A stretch of DNA of 64,000 nt from an uncultured Fastidiosipila sp. (GTDB lineage: Bacteria > Bacillota > Clostridia > Saccharofermentanales > Fastidiosipilaceae), in assembly GCA_947253875.1 (NCBI GenBank), contig CAMYAM010000006.1, forward strand, positions 34,604 to 98,603, in the 5' to 3' direction. The position numbers were made by a program, and so were the translations under genes. Under the pieces are notes generated by a model. The model was given only the letters and a program-made list of their open reading frames with translations, ran no database searches and was not told where the DNA came from. Below, in pieces: positions 38,190 to 47,687 of this stretch; within the stretch, counting starts at the first letter, position 1; each line of letters begins with the position of its first letter.

Positions 38190-39992
38190 TTAAACGTTTT
38201 TCTGATGTCTATTACGCAAGATCTTGTTAGAAGTATTTCTTGGGAAAGGTTCTGTTCTAACATGGAAGTCGCGAACTTTTTGTTGTGTGTTTAATTCTTT
38301 ATTAGAATTTTTAATAGCTTGATCTATAGTTTCCTTAACTTCTGGAGCATTAAGATCTGTTGTTCCAAGTACAGATTTTACATAATCAGCATCTGGGAAA
38401 ACTTCGGCAGTAATAATTTGCTCTGCTTTCTCATCACGCTCACCATAAACTACAACTTCTTTAATAATCTCGTTACGTTCTAGTACAAATTCGACTTCTT
38501 CAGGGAAGACATTTTCACCATTTTTGGCAACAATGATATTTGCCTTACGACCTGTGATGAAAATGAAACCTCTGTCATCAATGTAGCCGTAGTCACCGGT
38601 GTGGTAGAAACCTTCCGTGTCAATAGCTTCTGCGGTTCTCTCAGGATCTTGGTAGTAGCCTAACATAATGCTTGGACCTCGACCGATAATTTCTCCAATA
38701 CCATTAGCATCCTTGTTAATGATTTTGGCTTCTATTGATGGGATTGGTAAACCAGCAGAGGCTGAGTCGTAATACTTTTCACGGTTTAGAGCAAATATAG
38801 GTGATGACTCAGTCAGACCATATCCTTGAATTGCAGCAAAACCTAGATCATTGAAAAAGTCCAAAATTTTTGGTTCAATAGCCGCACCACCGATAATAAT
38901 GTGTGTCAATTTGCCACCAAACATATCGTGAACGGATTTGAAGACTTTTTTGCGGATATCAATACCAAATTTTCTTAGGAAACGGGTTAGTTTCAAACCA
39001 AATGAGAATTTCTTGGCTAATTTAGGATCAGCGTTTAGTTTGCCTTGAATTGTTTTGTAGATAGCTTCAAGGATTGCAGGAACCATCAGGAACAATGTTA
39101 CTTTTGCTTGGGCTGCATTTTTGACTATGTGTCGCAGACCGTCGCCTACAGCAATTGTGTTACCTAGATAAATCTGAATAAGGAAGCCACAAGTAGCTTC
39201 GTAGGTGTGGTGCAAAGGTAAAATTGATAAGCAAGTAGCTTCTTTTAGGTCAACCATACGTGGGGCACCATTAACAACTGTACAGATATTTTTGTGACTA
39301 AGCATTACGGCTTTGGACTTGGAAGTTGTACCAGATGTGAAAAGCAAAATACTAAATGCTTCTGGATCTAGTTCTAGTTCATCGTAGGATTTATCATGCT
39401 CTCTAATTGCGTAACCTTTTGCCAGTGCGTCCCAGAAATAAACTTCGGTATTATCATTACCTTCTGATTTCTCAGGAACATAATCCATATTTATGAAGTT
39501 TTTGACAAAATCGATCTTACCTAAGTTGGCCTCAATTTTTTCAGAAGTGGCTTTAGAATAGATTACGGTGTTGCATTGGGCTCTCTCAAGGTTATTTAGA
39601 ATCTCAGCTGAGCCTAAGTTTTTATCGAGTGGCACAACAATAGCTAAACCATTAACTGTTGCAAGATATGCTATATACCATTCATAGCGCGTTTCAGCGA
39701 CGATTGCGACTTTATCACTAGCTTGAATGCCTAAAGATTTTAGATAAGAACCAAAGGCTCTGACATCATTTGCATATTGTTTGAAACTAATAGATCTATA
39801 CTCATCGTTAGGGTTGGGTTTATACGCTAAAGCAGCTTCAGATTTAGGCTCTACTTCACGTAGTGCAACCGGGTCCTTGACCAAAAAAGCAGATCTTTCT
39901 CCGTACAACTCTTCTGATGTATTTAGCATCTCACGTAAATCTCTAACCTGGCGTAAATCCATAAGAGGATATTTATAAATACCGTATGACAT
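38190..39992 (-). CDS. Long-chain fatty-acid--CoA ligase-like AMP-binding enzyme (paralogue 2 of 3)
   Basis: Same architecture: LFTSGTTSKSKAVML, GYGLTESSP, YHTGDYGYIDDRGFIFITGRKANIIVAKNGENVFPEEVE. Confidence 0.75.
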   Translation of the reverse strand: MSYGIYKYPLMDLRQVRDLREMLNTSEELYGERSAFLVKDPVALREVEPKSEAALAYKPNPNDEYRSISFKQYANDVRAFGSYLKSLGIQASDKVAIVAETRYEWYIAYLATVNGLAIVVPLDKNLGSAEILNNLERAQCNTVIYSKATSEKIEANLGKIDFVKNFINMDYVPEKSEGNDNTEVYFWDALAKGYAIREHDKSYDELELDPEAFSILLFTSGTTSKSKAVMLSHKNICTVVNGAPRMVDLKEATCLSILPLHHTYEATCGFLIQIYLGNTIAVGDGLRHIVKNAAQAKVTLFLMVPAILEAIYKTIQGKLNADPKLAKKFSFGLKLTRFLRKFGIDIRKKVFKSVHDMFGGKLTHIIIGGAAIEPKILDFFNDLGFAAIQGYGLTESSPIFALNREKYYDSASAGLPIPSIEAKIINKDANGIGEIIGRGPSIMLGYYQDPERTAEAIDTEGFYHTGDYGYIDDRGFIFITGRKANIIVAKNGENVFPEEVEFVLERNEIIKEVVVYGERDEKAEQIITAEVFPDADYVKSVLGTTDLNAPEVKETIDQAIKNSNKELNTQQKVRDFHVRTEPFPRNTSNKILRNRHQKNV

Positions 39993-40103
39993 ACAATACT
40001 CCTTAAAATTACAATTTAGTACTTAAAATTAGATTTATATTAATCTTTGGTTTTGCCGGAATCAACTAATTTTACTGAATTTATTGATTCTATATTGACT
40101 TAA

Positions 40104-41981
40104 TTAATTCTCAGGTTTTGCAGGCTCGACTGTATCAACATTTCTTTGAGCTTTATTTCTTAGAATTTTTCTGGATGTGTTTCTTGGGAACGGTTCATCT
40201 CTTAGTTCTAAAGCCTTGACGCGCTTGTAAGGAACTAGGTTTAGATTAGCCGAATTAATAACTTCGTGAACCCTTTTCCTTACTTTATCTGAGGTCAAAG
40301 CTTCGCCTTTAAGATGAGGGTCTTTCTCAATAATTTCTGCATTTGGATAAACTTCTGCAGTGATAACTTGATCACCGGAAGCGTCACGCTCTCCATAAAC
40401 GACTATTTCAGCGATTATTGGATCTTCTTGTTGCATGATAGACTCAATCTCTTCTGGGAAGATGTTTTTACCATTTTTGGTAACAATTATATTGGCCTCA
40501 CGACCTGTAATGTAGACGAAATTTCTATCATCTATATATCCATAGTCTCCAGTGTGATAGAAGCCGTCTTCGTCAATAGCTTTTCTTGTTAAAGCTTCAT
40601 CTTGATAGTAGCCAATCATTATACTTGGACCACGACCAATGATTTCACCTATACCTCTGTCATCTGGATTAATAATCTTGACTTCAGTACTTGGCATTGG
40701 CAATCCTGTAGCTGCATCTTCATGATAATAAGGTCTGTTAACTGCGAAAATTGGAGAGGATTCAGTTAATCCATAGCCTTGGAAAGCATTTAAGCCCCAC
40801 TCATTTAACTCACGTAGAATTTGTGGTTCTATTGCTGCACCACCACAAATTATGTAACGTAACTTACCACCAAAAGTATCGTGGATGTTTTTAAAAACTT
40901 TTTTACGAATGTCAACGTTGAAACGATTTAAGAATCTTGTAACTCTTACGGCTAGGTTGAATTTCTTTTCTAAGTTTTCGTCAGCTTCAATTTTCTTTTT
41001 GACTTGCTTATATATAGTTTCTAATAGTAAAGGCACTGCAATCATGACAGTTACTTGGGCTTGTTGCATGTTGTGGGTAATATGACGCAGACCATCACAT
41101 ATAGCAACTGTACCGCCGAAATAATGTGGGATTAAAAACCCAGCTGTAGCTTCATATGTATGGTGCAATGGTAATACAGAAAGTACGGAGTCATTCTCAT
41201 CAAACTGAATCATTCTAACTGAGTCCATAATGTTGGTGATTAAGTTCTTGTGACTGAGCATTACCGCTTTGGCAGTTGATGTAGTTCCTGATGTGAAGAG
41301 GAGTACTGCCAGAGATTCTCTATTTATTGGAAGTTTGTCATATTCAAAGTTAGCCTTGTCACGGAGTAAATTACCTTCATCAATTAAATCCCAGAAAAAG
41401 TCTAACTTGGCACCTTCAGGCAAAGCTGCCTTGGTGTCTTCACTTGGTAAATCATAAGAAATGAAGTGTTTAGCAAATTTAAGCTTATCTTTAATGGCTT
41501 TAAGCTTGCTTTCTTGCTTGCGTGTGAAGAATATAGTGCTTGCTTCAGATCTATTAAGTAAGTTTTCTAACTCATTTTCCATTAGAGCAATATCCATTGG
41601 ACAGACAACAGCGAGCCCAGAAACAACAGTTAAATAACTAACATACCATTCGTAACGAGTCTCGGATAAAATTACAACTTTTTCATTCATATTGAGGCCT
41701 TGGTTGTGCAAAGATGTTCCAAGTGCAAGTCTGTCATTATTGAACTCTGAGTAGCTTATACCTCGATATTCATCCTTAGGATTGATCTTGAATTTCTGTG
41801 CCTCTTCCGATCTAGGGTCAAGTTCACGCAAAGCTACAGGATCTTTGAGAAAATATGCGTTTCTGTCTGCAAATTTCTCAGCGCTGTTCTCAGCCATTTC
41901 ACGTAAGTCATTCAATTCAGTAACTTGGTGCAAAGGATATTTATATATTCTTTCATCATTTCTAAACATAATTTTCTCCAT
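40104..41981 (-). CDS. Long-chain fatty-acid--CoA ligase-like AMP-binding enzyme (paralogue 3 of 3)
   Basis: Same architecture: LFTSGTTSTAKAVML, GYGLTESSP, YHTGDYGYIDDRNFVYITGREANIIVTKNGKNIFPEEIE. About 20 aa longer at the C-terminus. Confidence 0.75.
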   Translation of the reverse strand: MEKIMFRNDERIYKYPLHQVTELNDLREMAENSAEKFADRNAYFLKDPVALRELDPRSEEAQKFKINPKDEYRGISYSEFNNDRLALGTSLHNQGLNMNEKVVILSETRYEWYVSYLTVVSGLAVVCPMDIALMENELENLLNRSEASTIFFTRKQESKLKAIKDKLKFAKHFISYDLPSEDTKAALPEGAKLDFFWDLIDEGNLLRDKANFEYDKLPINRESLAVLLFTSGTTSTAKAVMLSHKNLITNIMDSVRMIQFDENDSVLSVLPLHHTYEATAGFLIPHYFGGTVAICDGLRHITHNMQQAQVTVMIAVPLLLETIYKQVKKKIEADENLEKKFNLAVRVTRFLNRFNVDIRKKVFKNIHDTFGGKLRYIICGGAAIEPQILRELNEWGLNAFQGYGLTESSPIFAVNRPYYHEDAATGLPMPSTEVKIINPDDRGIGEIIGRGPSIMIGYYQDEALTRKAIDEDGFYHTGDYGYIDDRNFVYITGREANIIVTKNGKNIFPEEIESIMQQEDPIIAEIVVYGERDASGDQVITAEVYPNAEIIEKDPHLKGEALTSDKVRKRVHEVINSANLNLVPYKRVKALELRDEPFPRNTSRKILRNKAQRNVDTVEPAKPEN

Positions 41982-42076
41982 AAGTTTTTTGTAAATTACC
42001 TGTTTTAATTGCCCTTTTAGAGATCATCTAAGTGCTCTCTAAGAGCTCAACGCCTTTTATTGTTTTATATTTAAAT

Positions 42077-43003
42077 TTATTTTCTAATTTTAATCAATGC
42101 TTTAAATGAATCGTGTGTCTTTTGCTTTTTGTATTCGATTCCTCGAGTGCTAGTTCCGATTAGATTATCTAAGAATTTAATGTAGACTGCAAGGGAATAA
42201 TGTTCATCAGTTTCTTCAAGTATGCCTGCCTCCACTGCAACTAGATCGCCTTTGACCAATTCACTAGTGTAATTGACTTCGATACTTTCTATATCTAAGC
42301 CTATATTGAGGAAATCTACAGCGTTTGTAACCATATTTATATAGCGTGTATTATTTACGTGGTTATTGGCATCTAGATCACTGTAACCGATTAGGTGTTT
42401 ATAGCTAATTTTATTGTCAGTCTCTGGTAAAGTTATTTTAATGCTTTTTAGTTTTGCTTTTGTAGTTTTGATGGGGAGGATGAACGGGTTCTCTTTGTTT
42501 GCGATTATCTCGTTACTTGGAATAATTGTCCTAGAGTTTAGATCCATAATTGACCAGAAACTTCTAGCGGCAATTATTGCCTCATTATTCTCATTAATGA
42601 CCAAGAATTCACGGTAAAAGCCAACGGCACTTTGCTTAGATTGCCAGGTGTATACTGCAATATCATCATATTTATTAGGCAAATCTTTAATATCTAAAGC
42701 AATTCTATTCAATATCCAAGTCTGGTTTTTGTCACGCATGTCAGCATAATGGATGCCAACGCTTTCGCTGTGCTCACCTGCAATTGCTTCGAAAAAAGAA
42801 AACATATAAGCTAGATGAACTTTATTTTTGTTGTCACTCTGACTAGATTCAATATGAAATTTTTGGTAAGTAAGCAGATTCTTTTGAGCAAAGTAATCCT
42901 CAATATTTCCAGAGCTTAAGTATTCTTTATCAGAACTACAGCCATTGTTAGTAGCTACTTGCTGGAGAGCTTCTCTAAATTCTTCAAGATTGTTTAGCTT
43001 CAT
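42077..43003 (-). CDS. Acyl-ACP thioesterase family protein (double hotdog) with N-terminal extension
   Basis: Second hotdog motif YSDLDANNHVNNTRYINMV (compare DLDxNxHVNNxKYI of FatA/B-type thioesterases). First hotdog region …NQTWILNRIALD…. First gene of the minus-strand operon. Confidence 0.65.
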   Translation of the reverse strand: MKLNNLEEFREALQQVATNNGCSSDKEYLSSGNIEDYFAQKNLLTYQKFHIESSQSDNKNKVHLAYMFSFFEAIAGEHSESVGIHYADMRDKNQTWILNRIALDIKDLPNKYDDIAVYTWQSKQSAVGFYREFLVINENNEAIIAARSFWSIMDLNSRTIIPSNEIIANKENPFILPIKTTKAKLKSIKITLPETDNKISYKHLIGYSDLDANNHVNNTRYINMVTNAVDFLNIGLDIESIEVNYTSELVKGDLVAVEAGILEETDEHYSLAVYIKFLDNLIGTSTRGIEYKKQKTHDSFKALIKIRK

Positions 43004-43217
43004 ACGTCGATTCCTCTAAATAAAATACTAATGAGAATTCTAACATAGAGTGAATGCTATTAGTGTTGGTTTGCACTCACTTCACAATTGTTAAAGAAAA
43101 TGTAAAATATCTGAACCGCACTAATCTCCAGAAATTATTGCCAAAATTATTATGGTAAAATATAATTAAACAAGGAAAACAAAACTCTTCCTTAATTCTT
43201 AGGATAGGAGGTTATTT

Positions 43218-43655
43218 ATGGATCAAGCTTGGATTTTTTGGTTAGTTTTAAGTCTGATATTTTTAGCAGTTGAACTGGGAACAGTTGCACTAGTAAGTAT
43301 CTGGTTTGTACTAGGAAGTGTAGTTGCTTTATGCGCTGCTCTTGCAGGCATGAGTCTAACTTGGCAAATAGTTCTGATGCTAATTGTTTCTGGAATAGGT
43401 TTAATTATTTTCTTGATGGTTAAAGATAAGCTAAACATTGGCAAAAATTCACACGTTCCAACTAATTTAGATGCTCTAATCGGCGAAGAAGCTGTTGTAA
43501 TTGAAAAGATTAATGCACTAGATAATAAAGGTTTGGTAAGAGTAAAAGGCAGAGAATGGAGAGCGGTTGCAAACCCAGAATCTGAGGAAATAGAAGTAGG
43601 TGAGATAGTTAAAATTCTATCTATACAAGGGGTTAAATTAATAGTTTCGAAGTAA
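43218..43655 (+). CDS. NfeD-like membrane protein (SPFH partner)
   Basis: Three TM helices plus a C-terminal OB-like segment (EEAVVIEKI…GLVRVKGREWRAVA). Directly upstream of the SPFH gene. Confidence 0.7.
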   Translation: MDQAWIFWLVLSLIFLAVELGTVALVSIWFVLGSVVALCAALAGMSLTWQIVLMLIVSGIGLIIFLMVKDKLNIGKNSHVPTNLDALIGEEAVVIEKINALDNKGLVRVKGREWRAVANPESEEIEVGEIVKILSIQGVKLIVSK

Positions 43656-43721
43656 AAAAGAGAGAAGAAACAAAAGTAAAAAGAAACATAAACAAAGAGC
43701 GAGAAGCAAAGGAGGTAATTA

Positions 43722-44741
43722 ATGAGTTTATTAATATTTGGAATAGGTGCCATGGATATATTCCTCTTGATACTATTAGTGTTGGTAGTATATTTGGTTT
43801 TATCCTGTGTAAAGATTGTTCCACAAGCACACGTCAAGATTATTGAGAGATTAGGTTCATACCTGACAACTTGGGAGGCAGGCTTGCACTTCAAGATGCC
43901 TTTTGTCGATAAGGCAGTTCACACAGTTTCTCTCAAAGAGCAAGTTGCAGATTTCAATCCACAAGCGGTTATTACAAAAGATAACGTTACTATGAGGATT
44001 GATACGGTTATTTTCTACCAAGTAACAGATCCTAAATTGTTTACTTATGGTATAGATAATCCAATCAACGCTATTGATAATTTATCATCAACAACCTTAC
44101 GTAACATTATTGGTGATTTAGAGCTTGATGAGACTTTGACATCTAGAGATGTTATTAATACTAAGATGCGTGAAATTCTTGATGATGCTACAGATCCATG
44201 GGGCATTAAGGTTAATCGAGTTGAGTTGAAGAATATTTTGCCACCTCCAGAGATACAAGATGCAATGGAGAAGCAGATGAAGGCTGAGCGTGAGAAACGT
44301 AAGAGTGTCTTGATTGCCCAAGGTGAGAAAGAATCTGCAATTCTAAGAGCTGAAGGTGAAAAAGAATCTGCAGTCTTGAGAGCGGAGGCTAACAAGGAAT
44401 CACAAATTCGTATTGCTGAAGGTGAGGCCCAAGCTATTCTTAAAGTTTACGAAGCACGTGCTCGAGGTATGGAATTACTTAAAGCAGCTAAAGCCGATGA
44501 AGCAGTTCTAAGCTTACGCGCTATGGAAGCTATGGAGAAGGTCGCTGATGGTAGAGCAACTAAGATTATTGTTCCATCAGAGCTACAAAATATGGCAGGT
44601 TTAGTTTCTGCAGTGAAATCTATAGCAGATACTCCAGATCCTGAACTAGACGAATCTGCAGTAGAAGAGCTCAAAGAAGACACATCTAAGAGTCATATTC
44701 CTAATGTAAGTTTGGATATGGATAGAGAAGAAGACCAATAG
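43722..44741 (+). CDS. SPFH/band-7 (stomatin/paraslipin-like) protein
   Basis: N-terminal TM, SPFH core (VKIIERLGSY…VTMRIDTVIFYQVTDP), then a coiled-coil with tandem AILRAEGEKESA repeats. Confidence 0.8.
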   Translation: MSLLIFGIGAMDIFLLILLVLVVYLVLSCVKIVPQAHVKIIERLGSYLTTWEAGLHFKMPFVDKAVHTVSLKEQVADFNPQAVITKDNVTMRIDTVIFYQVTDPKLFTYGIDNPINAIDNLSSTTLRNIIGDLELDETLTSRDVINTKMREILDDATDPWGIKVNRVELKNILPPPEIQDAMEKQMKAEREKRKSVLIAQGEKESAILRAEGEKESAVLRAEANKESQIRIAEGEAQAILKVYEARARGMELLKAAKADEAVLSLRAMEAMEKVADGRATKIIVPSELQNMAGLVSAVKSIADTPDPELDESAVEELKEDTSKSHIPNVSLDMDREEDQ

Positions 44742-44779
44742 GAAGAAAATCAATAGTTATTAGTTTGAATTAGATGTTG

Positions 44780-44814
44780 AAAGGAGCAGATTTTTGAACT
44801 GCTCCTTTTTATTT
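44780..44814 (+). terminator. Rho-independent terminator after the SPFH gene
   Basis: aaaggagcagatttttgaactgctccttttt. Confidence 0.65.
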
Positions 44815-44919
44815 GCAATGAATTTATTTTGTCTATGATATGTTTAATCTTTACTTAAACTATTTATAGTTCAATATATTGTATAATGGACTAGCTTAAG
44901 TATAGGAGAGACTTGTTAA

Positions 44920-45657
44920 ATGGCTAAGGATGGTTACAAACATAATAGTGAAGAGAGATTCGATTCAAAGATGGATGCAGTTGAATTTACAGATGCAGAT
45001 TATGAAAAGACTAATCCTGTTCTAGAAGAATTTCTCAAGAAGCGTAGAGCTAGAAGATTCTTGCTACTTGTACTAGTAATTTTTGTTTTAGCATTTTTAA
45101 TATTTACAATTCCAGTAAAAAAAGGCGAGATTCAGAGAACCTATACTGCCTACGATGTTATTAATGATAAAGAAATAACTGTCTACCTTAATATTTGGCA
45201 AGAATATAAACTGCTTGGCAAAAATGAAATAAATGGTCATATAACATTATATGAAGATGCAGATGAAGCGAAACAAAAGAGCTTAATGTTTACTGGCCAA
45301 AGTGCTTACGATATCTATATTCAGAATCGTGACTTGCAAAATGCGAAACTTCCTGGAACAACAAACCGAACAGATAGAGTAGAAGCTGCTTTGGAGGCTA
45401 ATTCTAAAATTGTAGATAATGAGGTGCAAGTCAAATCAAGGTATTCCTACTTGTACGCAGATAAAGGTTTAGAGAATTTGATTTTGCTTGGCGATGCTGA
45501 AAAAGCTGAAAATGATATTTTCATTATTGCTAAAATAAATGATACGATTACAAATGCAGAGGTAATAGAGAAAATGCAAAAATCTATTGAACTTTATCCT
45601 GCAGATGTAAAATTTATGCGAGAAATACTAGCTGCAAATACTCAAGTAATGAAATAA
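44920..45657 (+). CDS. Hypothetical single-pass membrane protein
   Basis: KKRRARRF followed by one TM and a soluble domain of unknown function. RBS aggagag. Confidence 0.45.
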   Translation: MAKDGYKHNSEERFDSKMDAVEFTDADYEKTNPVLEEFLKKRRARRFLLLVLVIFVLAFLIFTIPVKKGEIQRTYTAYDVINDKEITVYLNIWQEYKLLGKNEINGHITLYEDADEAKQKSLMFTGQSAYDIYIQNRDLQNAKLPGTTNRTDRVEAALEANSKIVDNEVQVKSRYSYLYADKGLENLILLGDAEKAENDIFIIAKINDTITNAEVIEKMQKSIELYPADVKFMREILAANTQVMK

Positions 45658-45704
45658 CTCAGGTAATTAAATAGCTCAAGTAATTAAATAATGCGAGGTT
45701 ATGA

Positions 45705-46226
45705 GTGGAAAGATTAGAATTATATGATGCAAGACTATTAATAGCAATCCAACAATTGTTCAAGAATAAATATTTGGACAAGTTTTTTAAAAATTATACT
45801 CACCTAGGAGATGCAGGAGCGATCTGGATTGTTCTAGGCTTAGCGTTTATGTCATTTAAACAAACCAGAAGATCAGGAATTTTAATGATCGGAGCTTTAA
45901 TAACAACCTGGTTATTTTGTAGCTATATTATTAAGACAAGTCTGAAGAGAGTTAGACCATATGAGAAACACAAAGAAGTAAGATTGTTAATTAGAACTCA
46001 AAAAGATACATCATTCCCTTCCGGACACGCAGCTTCATCAATAGCTTGTGCCACAGTAGTAATGATCACTGCTGGGGGTAGTATAGGTATTTTTTGTCTA
46101 GTGTTGGCAGTTTTAATGGCATTTTCTAGAATTTATGTTGGAGTACACTATCCTTTAGATGTAATAGTTGGTAGCTTGTTAGGATTTATAATAGCATCTT
46201 TAACCTGCTTGATTTTTTATTTGTAA
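45705..46226 (+). CDS. PAP2-family membrane phosphatase (undecaprenyl-diphosphatase/PgpB-like)
   Basis: KRVRPY…SFPSGHAASS…SRIYVGVHYPLDV are PAP2 motifs. Start is GTG 45705 after gcgagg. Confidence 0.7.
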   Translation: MERLELYDARLLIAIQQLFKNKYLDKFFKNYTHLGDAGAIWIVLGLAFMSFKQTRRSGILMIGALITTWLFCSYIIKTSLKRVRPYEKHKEVRLLIRTQKDTSFPSGHAASSIACATVVMITAGGSIGIFCLVLAVLMAFSRIYVGVHYPLDVIVGSLLGFIIASLTCLIFYL

Positions 46227-46478
46227 AATATCTTTGTAAAGTATCTTAAGATATATTTTTTTTAATACGATTTAATGCCTATAACCAAGGCATCAAGCAG
46301 GAAAAAGCGAACTTTTGCATGCACAAGCGAAATAAACTTATAGTATAATGAGTTCTAATCGTAAGAGTAGATTTACCTGTCTTGGTTTTAATAACTTGAA
46401 TTTTATTTAGAACAATAGGGTAAAATACATAAGATGTTAGATTTTTCATGAAATCCAAAAAATATCAAGGAGACAGAT

Positions 46479-47492
46479 ATGAGAAACGCAAAAAGTATTA
46501 ATAAGAATATAAAGTTAGTTTTAGAGCAGAAGGGTATTGATACAGTATCTTTCGCTGAAGAATTACAAGTAGATCCAACTCTCGTAGAGACCTGGTTAAA
46601 TGGAACTGAGTTACCTAACTTAGAAATCTTACCTGCCATAGCTGAAGCTCTTTCGGTAGATATTGATGATTTATTTAGAGAAAATTTAGAGCCAGAAAAA
46701 ACTGAGTCTCATTCTGTTAGCGACAAAAGTATCATTTACGCAGAGGACGAACGTGATCGTTATAGGATCGACTTAATCAATGAGATCAAGAATGTAGACT
46801 TAATCCTAGATAGCTCTAACAAAGTTATAATTAGAGAATCAGAAGATGGTAGATCTCGCTTACACGTATATGGTGATGATGATTTTAGAGATGCAGTTTC
46901 ATTCTCTGAAGATGAAGATACACTTAAACTTAAGGTTATGAGTGGTGTTGATAAGGGCACTTTCTTAGGCATTAGCTTTGACTTCTCAAGTAGTGGTTCA
47001 AACAATCTCGTAGTAGTAGAATTACCAGAAGAGGTAGAGAAAGTAGTAAGAGCTAGTATTTCTGGCGCTCCAGAACTAGAAATTGAGACCAATTTAGAAA
47101 AATTAGAAGTTGAAATTAGTGGTTCAGCTGATGTTAAAGCAGATCAAGTTACAGATTTTATTAGCACAATTTATGGTGCAGCTGATATAGAGGTAGATAA
47201 AGTGGATAACTTTGATCTGGATATTTTGGGCTCTGGTGATGTTAAGATAAACTACGCACGTGGAAATGGTAATGTTAGAATTCAAGGTTCTGGTGACGTA
47301 AGATTAGGTGACAGTGTTATGGAAGATTTGGATATTTCTATCAGTGGTTCTGGTGAGTTCAAATCTGATCTCAGCGTAAATAACGTTATAGCTAATGTAA
47401 TTGGTAGTGGTGACATTGTAGTTAGAGAAATTCGTGGCGAAAGAAGTTTCCATAATTTAGCCGAAGAAAACTTCACTGTTAAATCAGAATAG
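46479..47492 (+). CDS. XRE-type HTH regulator fused to DUF4097-like (beta-helix 'adhesin-like') domain
   Basis: N-terminal HTH (IDTVSFAEELQVDPTLVETWLNG). The C-terminal half has repeated SGSxDVK/GSGDV motifs typical of DUF4097 (YvlB/LiaG-like). Confidence 0.6.
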   Translation: MRNAKSINKNIKLVLEQKGIDTVSFAEELQVDPTLVETWLNGTELPNLEILPAIAEALSVDIDDLFRENLEPEKTESHSVSDKSIIYAEDERDRYRIDLINEIKNVDLILDSSNKVIIRESEDGRSRLHVYGDDDFRDAVSFSEDEDTLKLKVMSGVDKGTFLGISFDFSSSGSNNLVVVELPEEVEKVVRASISGAPELEIETNLEKLEVEISGSADVKADQVTDFISTIYGAADIEVDKVDNFDLDILGSGDVKINYARGNGNVRIQGSGDVRLGDSVMEDLDISISGSGEFKSDLSVNNVIANVIGSGDIVVREIRGERSFHNLAEENFTVKSE

Positions 47493-47511
47493 AAAGTGAG
47501 TAGTTTCATTG

Positions 47512-47634
47512 ATGAAACGAAATGATAGAAATCAAGTTGCAAAAATAATTTCAATAGTACTGGTCGGGGTTCTAGGTTTAGGACTAATATCAGGTGCAGT
47601 TATTAGTATGGCTGCAATGCTTGGAAGATAAAAA
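47512..47634 (+). CDS. Possible 40-aa small membrane peptide (not in ORF track)
   Basis: atgaaacgaaatgatagaaatcaagttgcaaaaataatttca… encodes MKRNDRNQVAKIISIVLVGVLGLGLISGAVISMAAMLGR, a charged N-terminus plus one TM, 20 nt after the stop of the upstream gene. Weak RBS. Confidence 0.3.
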
Positions 47635-47687
47635 TTTAATAAACTGGCTAAAAGTAAATGAGCACAAAAAAATGCTGAGAGGTTGAT

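Noticed and set aside
36178-41994. Multiple 60-90-aa ORFs on the opposite strand within the three ligase genes
   Set aside because: They are fully embedded antisense ORFs in long, well-supported AMP-ligase CDSs, with no RBS and low-complexity translations.
43223-43894. 223-aa minus-strand ORF overlapping the NfeD and SPFH genes
   Set aside because: It is antisense to two co-oriented genes with clear family signatures and RBSs. Its translation is low-complexity.
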